This document shows positions 11,183 through 23,355 of a stretch of 64,000 nucleotides of DNA, one piece after another. A model generated the notes under the pieces. It made no database searches. It was not told the origin of the DNA and saw nothing but the letters and a program-made list of their open reading frames with translations. The translations under genes and the position numbers were made by a program. Every line of letters starts with the position of its first letter. Position 1 is the first letter of the stretch. The stretch spans positions 992,001 through 1,056,000 of the forward strand of contig CM030337.1 of the NCBI GenBank assembly GCA_017654855.1. The letters are read 5' to 3'. The DNA is from Podospora anserina. Its lineage: Eukaryota.

Positions 11183-12725
11183 TCAACCAACCACTCCTCC
11201 ACCTCAACCCCAACCGACCTCCCCAACCCCCTAACCACCTCCCACCCGACCGCAACCCTCCACTTGCCCCCCAAATCCGTCACATCCCCCCCTCCCCCGA
11301 CCTTTACCAACAGCCTCAAGCTCGCCAGCGTGGCGATGCTCATATAAATATCATTATCCAACCCTTGTTCCCCCTCAACGATCCCATTTTTAGTCCTCCC
11401 TCCACTAGCCGGATCCCACTCTGTGCGTACAGCCATAAATATAGCCAGCATCCTCTCCAAAACAAACGCGTGCGCCCCCAGCAGCTTCCTTGCAATCTTG
11501 CGGTGTTGAGACCCGTTTTTTCTTGCTCGACCCCCGGTAAACCCACCCCGACGACGTTTACGCCCGTGGTGAAAAGTGGAAAAGAGGGTGAGGTCTGATT
11601 TAGTCGGGTTGTGAGAGGCGAGGTAGGCTGATAGAAGCAAAAAGCGGGCGGTGGTAGGGAGGAGGGTGGCGAGGTCGGTTGTTTTGATGGTGGGATTGGG
11701 GGTGGTGGTGGTGGTGGTGGGGGGAGGAGAAAGGGAGAGAGTTGGGTCGAGGAGGGATTCATCCTGGAAGTGAACCCTCGCTAGGACGATTAATTTGGAA
11801 AACTCTTTCACGGTGTGGGTTCGGGCGAGGATGGGTTGGATGAATTTTGGCCAGAGGGTTCGGCTTGCTTGGGTTAGGGAGGGGAGGGTGCGGGAGGCGG
11901 GGCGGGAGAGGGAGTCGTGGAGGGCGGAGAGGAAGCGGGTGTAGAGGTCGAGGGTTTCGGTTGGGGTTGTTGAGGGGGTGATGGGGGGGGGAGGGGAGAG
12001 GGAGAGGATGGTGATGAATTCGGGTTTGGTGTAGGTTGGGAAGTGGAGGTTGGGGGTGAAGGTTGTGAGGAGGTTGTTTGGGGGTGGGGAGGTGAGGATG
12101 AAGAGGGTTGTTAGGGAGGGGATCTAGGGGGTGTTAGTGGGTGGCTATACCAGAAGTGAGGATAGGGGGTGGTAGAGGGAGGGGCTTACAATCTCTGATA
12201 ATTTTGCTAGTGCTGGGAGGAGGGTGTGAGGTGCCTCTCGTTGATGGTCGATGCCGTCAAAGACAAGGACGAACCGGAACCCGTCTGGCCGTTCGGTGTA
12301 CCTGAGCATCTTGGAGAGCTCGACGGTCAACTGTGAGACTGACTCGCACCTTGGGGCGACGGCCTCCCATTCCACGGCGGCGGCCACCTTGCCCACGACT
12401 GTCTCGTACAGATGGCGAGCTGTGATACATTCTATCGAGTTGACAATGGCGTGTTTAAACGAGTCCCCGTCAAGGCTGGCCAAGAGGGCGGTTGTGATGG
12501 CAGATTTGCCTGTTGCTTCGGTACCATAGACTACCAGATTCCGACATGGTGCTGAGCTGGGCTTTGTTTGTTAACTTGGTGTTCAGATCCTAGCTCTCCT
12601 ATGTGAGATGCTCTTACATTCAAAAGTGTAGCTAGTGCTCTGATCTGGGGCTCTCTGCAAGGAAACTGTTTGGTAATGAGGCTGAGCCTGAGCTCGTCAG
12701 GGAGCTCGAATATTGGTACAGTCAT
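11179..12725 (-). CDS. ORC5: Origin recognition complex subunit 5
   Basis: ATG at 12725 (MTVPIFELPDE...FPCREPQIRAL). Walker A LVVYGTEATGKS, LVFDGID, and ORC5_C motifs FLLLSAYLASHNPTKSDL, LGAHAFVLERMLAIF and IATLASLRLL. Introns 12562-12617 and 12124-12189 keep the frame. Confidence 0.9.
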
Positions 12726-13460
12726 TGTCTGAAGTCTGCAACGGTCCCCTTCACGATCAATTGACTTTTTACTTCTAAAAGAAGTGGTAATTTGTTTGGG
12801 CTGTCGCACTAGAGATGGCCGTTACAAGGTGCCAACGCGTCGGCGCGTTTGTTGAAGGTGTCAGTGCGCTGCCAGCCCGCCTACCTAATCCCAGCCGGGC
12901 GATGGGCCTACCGTCCGGCTCCACTTGTTCCAGGCTGTCGGCTGCTGGGTGCTGTAACGCGGGTGCTTGCCAGTGCCCGGGAGCCCGAGCGTTTCTATTG
13001 GAGATCATCAATGAGAAGGCATTCACAAAATCCCAGGAATCTTCAGCACCCAACAGAGCCATGGGGTAAGTGTTTCACATAGGTCAGCAGAGAAGAAGAT
13101 CGATCTAATGTGCAGAATAGATCGTAGTATTTCTCCGCGTTCCATCTCCATGGGGCCACAGGGCCACAGGGCCGAATAACTGGCCGAGTGCTATCCCTGA
13201 GATTGCCCTTCCCCAACTTTGCAGCGGGACTAGACCCAGCTGAGGTAGAATCGGTGATGTGCAGCGCCAACCGACGGAGCCTCTTGGCCTTCCCAGGTGC
13301 CGTCGTGCCGCCATGAGAATCGCGGGGCCCCAAACTTTCTCTGGCTGGCCGGATCCAAGAGAATTGATCTGCGGGTTGCAACCTCCGGAGAACTCTAGCT
13401 GGGAGGAACAAGATTCCAAGTGTCCGTTCCATCTTGAAAAAGCAACATCAAAACGTGACG

Positions 13461-15305
13461 ATGCCCTCCACGGCGCAGACACCACTTCCAAGCAACCAAC
13501 CCCAACCTCAGATTCGCCGTCTCCCCACCCTCCAACCAAAGGCCGATCTGGAGCGTGACCGTGACCGTGACCGTGAACGACAACTCCAGGAGGGCCCGCC
13601 GCCGAGAGGGGGTAGTGGACCCGGCGACGGAAACACCATGAGCTCGTCGACGCCATCAGCTTCATCGTCTTCAGCATCCGGTGGTGTGGTCGAGAAACCC
13701 TACCACGCAAAACGCCCGCACAAAAAGAGCAGGACCGGCTGTCGGAACTGCAAGTCCAGAAAAGTCAAATGTGACGAAGCAAAGCCGTCATGTCGTGCCT
13801 GTACCGCCAGGAACGATCGATGCGTGTACCCAGTCATCACACCAACAGCAACCGCCGCGGCGGGAGCTCGCAATCGCGGGGCAGCTAACAGCAGCAGCTC
13901 AGCTGTTGTTGCGACGACTCCCGCTCGCCGACGAGCTCTGGCTCCGGTTCAGGAGCCCGAGTTCATCCCCATGGAGCGCGATGACCTCGAGATGAGGCTC
14001 CTCTGGATCTACACCAACAACACTTACACGTCCTACTCCTCTGGGCCTTTCCGGCACCGCATGGTTGACCACGTCCTCAGGGCCGACGTGATCCAGCACG
14101 CCTTCGCCCACCCGTTCCTGATGAACACCTGCCTTGCCATGGCAGCTCAACACATTAACCGGGCGGGCGGCCGTCCCGACATGCATATCCCACCTTCCAA
14201 GGAGCTCACCTACCGGGTCAAGGCCCTGGAGAGCTTCAGAAAAGCAGTCGAAAAGGCCGAAGCGTCGACCTACCCGGCCCTCATCGCCTGCGCATACCTC
14301 CTCACCGGTCTGTCAACATACATGTTCCGCAACAACAACGACAGTCCAACCTCCCTCGTGATCCTCGACTGGATGACAATCTGGCGAGGCATCGGCGCCA
14401 TCATCGACGTCACCAAACTGCCCACCCTAGCCCAGTCCGGTCTCCTCCCCATCATCTTCCGCCCCGACATCGACATGAAAACTTCCATCAGCCACTGCCC
14501 CGCCTACCTCCTCGACCTAGCCAACACCCAAGACCCCCTCGACACCCCCTTTCTAGCCGGCTACCGAGAATGCCTCCAAGTCCTCGGATCAGTCTACGAA
14601 GAACTCCGACGCTCCGGCCACAACAGCCACATGTTCATCTGGCGCGTCATGACCTTCTTCACCTTTCTCGGCCGAGAATTCGTCACTTCAGCCCACCACC
14701 GCCGCCCCCCAGCCCTGACCATGATCGCGCACTACCTCGCCCTCACAACCATCATCTCAGACAGAGTCTGGTGGCTGCAGGACATGGCCCCCCACCAAAT
14801 CCCCCGCATCTTCAACATTATCGCCGGCATGGGACCCCCCCACACCGCTCTGGATCGAACCCTCCCCTTGGAGATCCCAATCCGCTGTCTGGACCCCATG
14901 ACCAACGACGAAAGATCTAGACTTGTACTTCAAGACCCGGACTGGGTCCATCCTCCCGATCATACTGGGGAAATGCCTGTTACTTACGACAGCGCGGAAA
15001 GGGAGTACCTCAATACCAAAATGTTGCGAGGACAGTCGAGGTCTCCGTCTGTTTCTTCCCCTCCTCCGCTGAGTGCGGCGGGGTCGTCGGAACCGCCTAG
15101 CCCGCCGGCTCAGAGGAAGGAGGTGGTGGCGTTGTATACAAAGGATGAGCTGATTATCCCGCCGGAGGATGGGCAGGAGAAGGGGGTGCAGTATAAGCAT
15201 TTGGAGGGGGCGTATTATGCTGTTGATGGGGTGAGGGTGACGGATACAGAGTTTTATAGGGCGATGGGGTTGGAGAGGGGTGGGGGGATGATTACGGAGA
15301 TGTGA
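13461..15305 (+). CDS. Zn(II)2Cys6 fungal transcription factor (Upc2-like subfamily, tentative)
   Basis: HAKRPHKKSRTGCRNCKSRKVKCDEAKPSCRACTARNDRCVY binuclear cluster, then a fungal-TF middle region (HAFAHPFLMNTCLAMAAQH). First ATG at 13461. Confidence 0.88.
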   Translation: MPSTAQTPLPSNQPQPQIRRLPTLQPKADLERDRDRDRERQLQEGPPPRGGSGPGDGNTMSSSTPSASSSSASGGVVEKPYHAKRPHKKSRTGCRNCKSRKVKCDEAKPSCRACTARNDRCVYPVITPTATAAAGARNRGAANSSSSAVVATTPARRRALAPVQEPEFIPMERDDLEMRLLWIYTNNTYTSYSSGPFRHRMVDHVLRADVIQHAFAHPFLMNTCLAMAAQHINRAGGRPDMHIPPSKELTYRVKALESFRKAVEKAEASTYPALIACAYLLTGLSTYMFRNNNDSPTSLVILDWMTIWRGIGAIIDVTKLPTLAQSGLLPIIFRPDIDMKTSISHCPAYLLDLANTQDPLDTPFLAGYRECLQVLGSVYEELRRSGHNSHMFIWRVMTFFTFLGREFVTSAHHRRPPALTMIAHYLALTTIISDRVWWLQDMAPHQIPRIFNIIAGMGPPHTALDRTLPLEIPIRCLDPMTNDERSRLVLQDPDWVHPPDHTGEMPVTYDSAEREYLNTKMLRGQSRSPSVSSPPPLSAAGSSEPPSPPAQRKEVVALYTKDELIIPPEDGQEKGVQYKHLEGAYYAVDGVRVTDTEFYRAMGLERGGGMITEM

Positions 15306-16306
15306 ATGGGGTTGTGGTTTGGGTTGGAATATTCTTCTTTCTTTTGATACCCCCTTTTTTCTTTTCTTCTTCTGTATATACACATTATTACTTCTTTTCT
15401 GGCGAAAGGTTAACTTGGGCCAGTAGCTAATTTTGTTTAGAGGACATTTTCTTTTTTTTAAAAAAAACCCATGAATTGGCAGTGAGAGAAACGATCTATG
15501 TATATCGCCTTTATGTGTTGACCGGATTAAAGCGTCAAAAGGCAATGCCGCCGCGTGGGTAGCTGAAATTTTATAAAAACCCAACGAAGAAAGGTTAGGG
15601 GAACCCAAAAGACATAGACTTGAATATCCAAAACGTGAATCAATCATGATAAACGACCTCTCCTACCCAAGCCAAGTAAGTCTCCCTATTTCTCGGCTCG
15701 CTCTCCGTCTCGCCGCCTCCGATACCTAGCCATTCGAATCTGCCCTCACAAACACCCCTTCCAGAAGAAAATGCATGTAACCTTCTTATCAGGCTCTATC
15801 TCACCCAGCACAACCCAACCACCACACTTGACATCCCATCGATATCACCAATCCTGTTTCCAAATCACAAGAAATACCTCACCCAAATACCACTCATGTC
15901 ATTACTCATACCGTAAAATACCAAATCATCAACATCATTCCATTGTGTACCCAACCCTTCCCCCCCCTATCCTAACATCTAACGTACACACAACCCCTTC
16001 CCAAAAACCAAACCAAAAGCTATGATCTCAAGAAACAAAAGAAAACAATTATTTTAATGCACACACACTCCATTCCATTCCCCTATCCCATGCATTTTGC
16101 CTGTGTAATCCTCTTGCCTCACTCACGTTTCTTTTTTTCTCATTACCAAAAAAAGAAGAAAAAAAGAACGATTGCTTCATTCAAGAGACACTTCAAAAAA
16201 AGTTTATACATGTGCATTAGGGAGACACAAAAAAACCGTAGTTTTCTCCCCCACCTCTGTTTACCCTCCCGCCCTTTCATTTACAAAACACCCTCATTCA
16301 AAAGAC

Positions 16307-19300
16307 TTACTCCCCCTTGAGCTTGTCCTGAGTCACGGTAAAAGCGCTCTCCAAAAGATCCTGCTCCTCCTTGGTGTGCGACGACTTGAGACCGGTGGCC
16401 ACCGACGCGCTGGGGTTGCGGCCGGCGTACATCACGTGCTTGCGGTCATGGTGCTGCGTGCTGTTGAGCAGAGTCTCGATGCGAGGCTGAGTGTAGCTCC
16501 AAGCACCAGCGTTGAGAGGCTCCTCCTGCGCCCAGACGATGGTCTTGGCGTTAGGGTACTGGTCGAGGTTCTCGCGGAGCTGCTCCCAGGGGAAGGGGTG
16601 GAGCTGCTCGATACGGGTGATGGCAACGTTGTCGATCTTGTTGTCGGCGCGGTACTTGTGAAGACCGGCATAGACCTGGCCAGAGCAGAGGATGACGCGG
16701 TCAATCTCCTCGGGAGCCTTGATCTCGCCAGACTGGTGGGCTGGGTCGGGGATGATCCACTGGAACTGGGTCTCGCCAATGAACTCCTCAATGTTGGAGC
16801 GGGCGAGAGGATGACGGAGGAGAGCCTTGGAGAAGAAGAGGATGAGGGCTAGACGGAAAGGTTAGCACGGATGGCTATGCAAGACGGACGGAACGGACAG
16901 GGTTCAACTTACGCTTCCGGAATTGCCGGTTCATCTGGCGACGGAGAATGTGGAACAAGTTGGCGGGGGTGGTCATGTAGGCAACCTGCATGTTGCAGTC
17001 CTGGTGCTGGCGGTCGAGCTTCTCGGCCGAGGGGTAGAGGCGAGGATCCTCGTTGCAGAGCTGGAGGAAACGCTCGAGACGGCCGGAAGAGTGCTCAGGA
17101 CCCTGACCATCGTAACCGTGGGGCAGGGACACGACAAGGCCGGTACGCTGCATCCACTTGGTCTCACCAGAGGCGATGAACTGATCAAAGACGACCTGGG
17201 CGTTGTTGGCGAAGTCACCGAACTGCGCCTCCCACATGACGAAACCATTAGGGTCGGTGAGAGAGTAACCGTACTCAAAGCCAAGAGCACCGTACTCGCT
17301 CAGAGAGGAGTTGGAGATGACAAACTTGCCCTGGTCCTTGCCGACGTGCTGGAGAGGGGTGAAGATGTCCTCAGTCTCCTGGTCATGGAAGACGGCATGA
17401 CGCTGGGAGAAGGTGCCACGCTCAACATCCTGGCCAGAAATGCGGACGTGCTTGCCCTCCGTGACAAGAGTACCGAAAGCCAAAGCCTCAGCAGTAGACC
17501 AGTCGATGTTCTTACCCTCGACGACCGACTTGGTGCGGTTGGCAAGGATACGCTTCAGGTTGCGGTGGACGTTGAAGCCCTCAGGGACAGTGCCGATGAC
17601 GGTACCAATGTGCTCCAGAGTCTGACGGTCAACACCAGTGGGGTTGTGAGGAAGGACCTCAGTGGCAAGCTCCTTGGGAGACTTGAAGTTGTTCCAGGCA
17701 CTGGTGGTCCACTCCTTGGAGGTAGGCTGGTAGTCCTTGGACTTGGCGAAGCTCTCCTCCAACATGCCCCACACCCACTGCTTGTGCTCCTCTACATCCT
17801 CCTTGGTGAAAGTGCCCTCTTTCAGGAGCTGGTCAACGTAGATCTCGATCTGGGGGTTCTTCTCCTGGATACGCTTGTACATCAGGGGCTGGGTGAAGGA
17901 CGGCTGGTCGGTCTCGTTGTGGCCGTGCTTGCGGTAGCAGACGAGATCGATAACGACGTCCTGCTTGAACTCAGCACGCCAGTCGGCAGCGAGCTGGCAG
18001 ACGAAGTTGACAGACTCGACGTCATCGGCGTTGACGTGGAAGACAGGGGCGTCGATAGCCTTGGCGATATCAGTGCAGTAAGCGGTCGAACGGGAGAAGC
18101 GGGGATCGGTGGTGAAACCAATCTGGTTGTTGACCACCAGGTGGATGGTACCGCCGGTCGAGAAAGCGGGAAGCTGGTGGAAGCCCAAGCACTCGTAAAC
18201 GACACCCTGGCCGGCAACAGCGGCATCACCGTGAAGGAGGACGGCCATGGCGCTCTTGTGCTCGACCTCATCGTTGTTATAGTGCTGGATGGCACGAACC
18301 TTGCCAAGGACAACGGGGTCCTCAGCCTCCAAATGGGAGGGGTTGGCAACCAGAGACAGCTGCACACGCTTTCCGGAAGGAGTGGGACGCTCAAAGTTCA
18401 TGCCCAAATGGTACTTGACGTCACCGGAACCCTCGTCCTCACCACCGGCAGTGCCGGCGAATTCGCTGAAGATGGACTCGTTGGGCTTGCGGACGACGTT
18501 GGAGAGAACGTTGAGACGACCACGATGGGGCATACCAATGACAATGTCCTTGACGCCATAATCGACGCTGCGGTCAATCAGGGCCTTCATGCCGGGAACC
18601 AGGGTCTCGCAACCCTCCAGACCGAATCTCTTGTCGTTGGGGTACTTGGTGGCCAGGAAGGCCTCGAAGCTGGAGGACCAGATGAGACGGTCGAGGATGC
18701 GGCGCTTCTCGTCGATGGAGTACTTGAAGGGCTGGGGAACCTCGAGGCGCTCGCGGAGCCAGTCGCACTTTTCTCTGTCGGGAATGTGGATGAACTCGAC
18801 ACCGTAGGAACCGCAGTAGATCTGCTCGCAAGCAGCCACAATCTCACGGAGGGTCATCTTCTCGCGGCCATCCCGCTTGAAGCGCGGCAAGATACCGGGG
18901 CCAAGAGTGTATTCGGTATCCAGGTCCTTCTCAGTGAATTGGTAGTAGTCGAGCTCGAGTTCCTTGGGTCTGATGTTGCCGAAACCAGACTTGTTGGCGT
19001 TACGGATGCCCAGGGGATCGATCTTGGCCTTGTGGTGGCCACGAGCCTGGTAGGCGCGCACAAGGAGCTGGACCTTGAGATGGTTGGTGACATCGGTGCC
19101 CTCACCGATGCCGACACCGGCACCGGCGGCCAAGTTGACAACAGTCTGGTTGCTGCTCGGCACGAGGGACGGGGGAGGTGTGAAGGCCCTGGAGATGGGC
19201 ATGTCACCGCTCTCCATGTTCTTGAAGTAGACCTGCCATGAGATGTGGACACTCTGGGGATCCTTCTTCCACTGCAGGTACATCTCATCGATGTAGTTGG

Positions 19301-19502
19301 CCGTGTTACCGGACAGGAAGTTGTCGGCGGCATCGGGAGGGTTATGGAGGGCGCTGTCGAAGCGCTTTTGGGCGGCGACAGCCAGAGGACGACGGCTCGC
19401 GGAGAGCTTGAGGCTGGCACGGGCGGTTACTGTGGCGGTCGAGAAGCATCGCGAAGAGGTCGACGCAGCGCCCTGGAGCGCGCGGAATGAGGAGCGCAAC
19501 AT
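16307..19502 (-). CDS. KGD1: 2-oxoglutarate dehydrogenase E1 component, mitochondrial
   Basis: [31 protein letters not shown] motif [11 protein letters not shown]...NNQIGFTT and [18 protein letters not shown]. Intron 16849-16912 joins ...QFRKP to [13 protein letters not shown]. Stop TAA at 16307-16309. Confidence 0.97.
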
Positions 19503-20709
19503 GGCGGTCGTGATCCCAGGTCAGGGGGCGGTGACTTGAAATTGTTGTCTGGAGTTGAGGCAAATGTGTGAAAATTCGGCCGCTGAGAGGAAACCCAAAG
19601 CCGTCCCGTCTAAAATGCGGTACTTCGTATCGATGCGGTATCGTAGTGCCGAGCGTGTTACACCGAACAGCGCAACAACCTGGAACCCAAACCCAGAAAT
19701 GAGCGGCGGAGTAAGTCGTAGGTGGAGGGGAGAGTGGTAGAAAAACGATGCCGCCGTCAGCGAGGAGCAGCAACAGGCAAACAGAGGGACGAGGGAAAAA
19801 ACACAAAGACAGATCAGATCAGGGGGGTGGCCTTTCTGTCTTCAATCTTGATAAAAAAAGCTGGAAAACGAAAATCGAGCGAAATGGTAATGGGTCTCCG
19901 GAGGATGATGACGGCAATTTTCAGTGAAGGCCCTGGTTCGCCCGCTGCATCCCTGCATCGCTGCATCCCTGCTCGGCCCAGCGCACCAACCAGAAGCCAC
20001 GCTGAGCCCGCACCGTTCTGAAGCCGGGTGGTCATGTGGCCAAGCTCGCGGTTGGGCGGAAGGGCCCTTTGACAAGTCGCCGACAGCGAGCCCCAGTGAC
20101 AGAACAGTGGTCACCCGCTCTACGCCCGCACACTAGTCAGTTACATCAGCGAGAGCCCCGGTAGAAGCCGAGTGAGCGCGAGTCTTTTTTCTCTTCCAGG
20201 TTTCTATTCGGTACTTAAAAGAGTTGGTACTACCTCAACCCAAGGCTGTCATCAACTACTAGCAGCAGGGTAGGCCGTCCAATTTCATCTCATCGCAGAG
20301 ATTGCTCCCACCACCTGTTCCAGAAGACGTCTAGAAGTTAATTTGAAATTGGGCTCAAACTGGATGTTGGATCCCGGGACTTAACGCCGCTCCGGGGCCC
20401 GGGCGCGTCCCCAAGAAAATCTGCGGAGCCGAGAGCAACTCTGGGGCACGGAGCACCCGGATTTTATAATTAGTGTGGCTTGGCATCGACGCCGTTGCCT
20501 GGAGGTTTCGTCAATTCAAAGTCCAGCCAACCTTTAATATCGACTTCAACTGCGCCATTCACACCGCCACATTCATCAATCTCTCCATCCGTCACTCTCA
20601 GTCGCGAGAGAGTGACACTCTATGACACATAGTCGCTTGATACAGCAATTATAAAACCTGACAAGGAACCCAAAGTCGAGTTGGCAGTGAGGCAGTCTGG
20701 CTCTCCGTG

Positions 20710-22695
20710 ATGGAGCTCCCTCAGGGAAGGGCGACCTACAAGAAAAAAGATGGCGTCCTCACCTTGACAGAAGACAAGAAATTCCTGATCTGGTCGCCGT
20801 TGCCTGCGAATGGCCCGCCTACGGTATCTCTGGCTTTGGAAAGGATCTTGAACTTGCAGCAGACGCCAGACACGGCGCCCAAGGTTATTCTCAAGGTGAT
20901 TGAGAAGCCCAAGAGCACAGAGGAAGGACAAGCAGGAGCGGCCTTTCTCTTCCAGTTTACATCGCCGACAGATGCCCGCGCAGAAGCCAATGCCATCAAA
21001 GCTCTGTTATCACAAATTCTATCTGAACTGCGCGGCAATGATCCCAGTGTTCCCAAGCCTATCGGCACCCCCCAGGCCGATGCCAACGGGGCTGGTGCCT
21101 CGGCGGCCATGTCGTTCGCCAGCACTGTCAACTCCAAGGGCCCAACTGTTCGCTGGTTTGACGACAATGCGTTAAAAGCAGATCTCGAGCTTCAGCGGTC
21201 TCTGTTAAACAAGGACGACGATCTGGCCCAGACGTATGCACAGGCGCTCTCATTGAAACCGCCATCAATATCAGATGCTGCTTTTGATGCTCAGTTTTGG
21301 TCCACCCGTATTGGTCTGCTTAGGGCTCATGCTATCGAAGTCAACCAGAAGAAGGGCGCCTACAATGTGCTGTCTACGATAAAACCACGAACCGAAGACG
21401 GCGAGGTCAAGCTCAGTCTGAATCCAGAACAAATTCAAACCATCCTCCACCAACATCCTCTAGTGAGGAGGATATACAACGAAAATGTCCCAAAGGTCTC
21501 GGTGGCCACCTTCTGGTCCAAATTCTTCCTGAGCAAGCTCTGCAAGAAACTCCGCGGCGAGCGTGTGACCGACATCGACAACACCGAGCCTCTCTTCGAC
21601 AAGTATCTGAACGCTCCCAACGACATGGGCTTCACCAGCAAAATCAACGCTGCCCAGCAACTCCCACACATAATCGACATCAACGCCAACGAAGAAAACC
21701 AAGGCGGTTTCAAATCCGGCAACAGAAAAGATGTCGAGATGCGTCCCAGAGCCAACGTCCCCATCATCCGAACTCTCAACTCCATATCTGAGAAAATCAT
21801 GGCCGACGTTGCCCCCTCAGACTTGGATCCCTCGGCCGGTCCCAATGGCATCCCAGATGACACCCGCACCATAGAGGAACTCACTCTCCGCGATCTCAGG
21901 GGCGAAACCCCTTCTTCTCGCATCATTCTCAACCTCAAGGAGCAGTCTGCCTTATTTCCCACCAACACCCAAACTGCCCAACCCAACTCCACCAACGCCA
22001 CCGACCAGGCCTTGTTTGCCCAACAAGACCCCACGGGTGTGTTATTCGAAGTCCAAGCAGACCTCGACATGGTAGACGAGGACCCCTCAGGAGGTCTCGA
22101 TCTACGAAAAGGCATAGGTGTCAACGACGACTCCGACGACGAGGCCAACGCTGACCCTACCACTCCCCACGTCACAGCCACACCTCACATCGGCTCCCAC
22201 AACGCCCGGTTAGCAGCCAAAAACCAAATCTTGTCTTCACTGAAGAAACGCCAAGCAGAAAACACCTCCCTGTCCTCCTCTGGCATAACCACCTCATCAG
22301 GAACTACCCTCCCCGCCGAACCACTGACAATCCCAGCCTCGATATCCCACCAATGCTACCTCACCAACGCCTCCACTGTTGAATTCCTCCGCCAATTCTA
22401 CAACACCTTCTCAGACAAAAACGCCAACCAGCAAGAACTGAGGTATTACGTCGACGCCCTGGGAAAATCACGCGAAAGAATCGAGGCTCTGGCGGAAGAG
22501 GCCGAGAAGCTAAGAAGGGAGAGGGAACAGCAGGTGATAGACGAGGCGTTCGCCCGGTTCAAAAAGACGGGCGTTAAGGGGAAGAGGCCCAAGATTAGAG
22601 GGGGGAGGGAGGATGTGCTTGGCTTGTTTGAGCAGACGTTGGCTGGGTTGAAGATTGCGGAGCGGGTTTGGGAACAGAGTGGGAGGGGGAGATAG
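20710..22695 (+). CDS. TFB1: TFIIH core subunit p62/Tfb1 (PH domain + BSD domains)
   Basis: N-terminal PH-like YKKKDGVLTL...LQQTPDTAPKVILK. BSD motifs QFWSTRIGLLRAHA, KKGAYNVLSTIKP and IYNENVPKVSVATFWSKFFLS. Confidence 0.9.
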   Translation: MELPQGRATYKKKDGVLTLTEDKKFLIWSPLPANGPPTVSLALERILNLQQTPDTAPKVILKVIEKPKSTEEGQAGAAFLFQFTSPTDARAEANAIKALLSQILSELRGNDPSVPKPIGTPQADANGAGASAAMSFASTVNSKGPTVRWFDDNALKADLELQRSLLNKDDDLAQTYAQALSLKPPSISDAAFDAQFWSTRIGLLRAHAIEVNQKKGAYNVLSTIKPRTEDGEVKLSLNPEQIQTILHQHPLVRRIYNENVPKVSVATFWSKFFLSKLCKKLRGERVTDIDNTEPLFDKYLNAPNDMGFTSKINAAQQLPHIIDINANEENQGGFKSGNRKDVEMRPRANVPIIRTLNSISEKIMADVAPSDLDPSAGPNGIPDDTRTIEELTLRDLRGETPSSRIILNLKEQSALFPTNTQTAQPNSTNATDQALFAQQDPTGVLFEVQADLDMVDEDPSGGLDLRKGIGVNDDSDDEANADPTTPHVTATPHIGSHNARLAAKNQILSSLKKRQAENTSLSSSGITTSSGTTLPAEPLTIPASISHQCYLTNASTVEFLRQFYNTFSDKNANQQELRYYVDALGKSRERIEALAEEAEKLRREREQQVIDEAFARFKKTGVKGKRPKIRGGREDVLGLFEQTLAGLKIAERVWEQSGRGR

Positions 22696-23355
22696 AGCAG
22701 AACTGGGAGACAGGACAGCTGAGGGGGGATAGATTGGAATATTTAAGATTGCAGACAAAACAAACAGACAACGGTGGCAGCGGGTGAAGCGGGTGTAATA
22801 TACTCTTTGACAAGCATCGATACCATACATTGCTGTTTTTAGAACAGGAGACAAGAGCTAAATTGGATTTGTTTTTCGAATTGTTAATCCAGGGCATATT
22901 ATTAACTGAAAAAGTCGTAAAAACGAAAAAGAAAAAAAAGAAAAAAAGATGGTTCGAGTTCGGGTTTATTCGCCTCAAGTGTCAGAGAACCCCGGAGTCC
23001 CTGCCACAATCACCAGCGTCGCCTTACATCCCTTTGTTAGGTGGAATGGGCAGGAATAATTGGGCGTCCCCTCATACCACTGCGCCATACCACCCCTCCT
23101 CGGGCGTCCCCGATTGAAAGGCAGGAGCAAACTTGGCATCTATAACCCTGTGAGGGAAGAAGCAGCAAGTGTCAGTCAAGGAAGGAGCAGCTGGTGCGGT
23201 GTTCATAACACGGAAGGAGCAACCCACAGTAACAAAAAAGGAAAGCGCGACCCTGACCATGCTACAGCCCAACACCTCACCACAAAACAGCATACATGGT
23301 CTCAAGCTTATCTTGTTATTATTCTCTATTCCCATCACTTCCCATCACCCTCCAT

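Noticed and set aside
16923..19241. 772-aa plus-strand ORF (and 16172..16852)
   Set aside because: In-register antisense shadow of KGD1, caused by strong C-ending codon bias. No motifs of its own.
23160..23225. GGAAGGAGCAGC resembling SRP RNA helix 8
   Set aside because: The flanks do not pair around the tetraloop, and no Alu-domain 5' motif is present.
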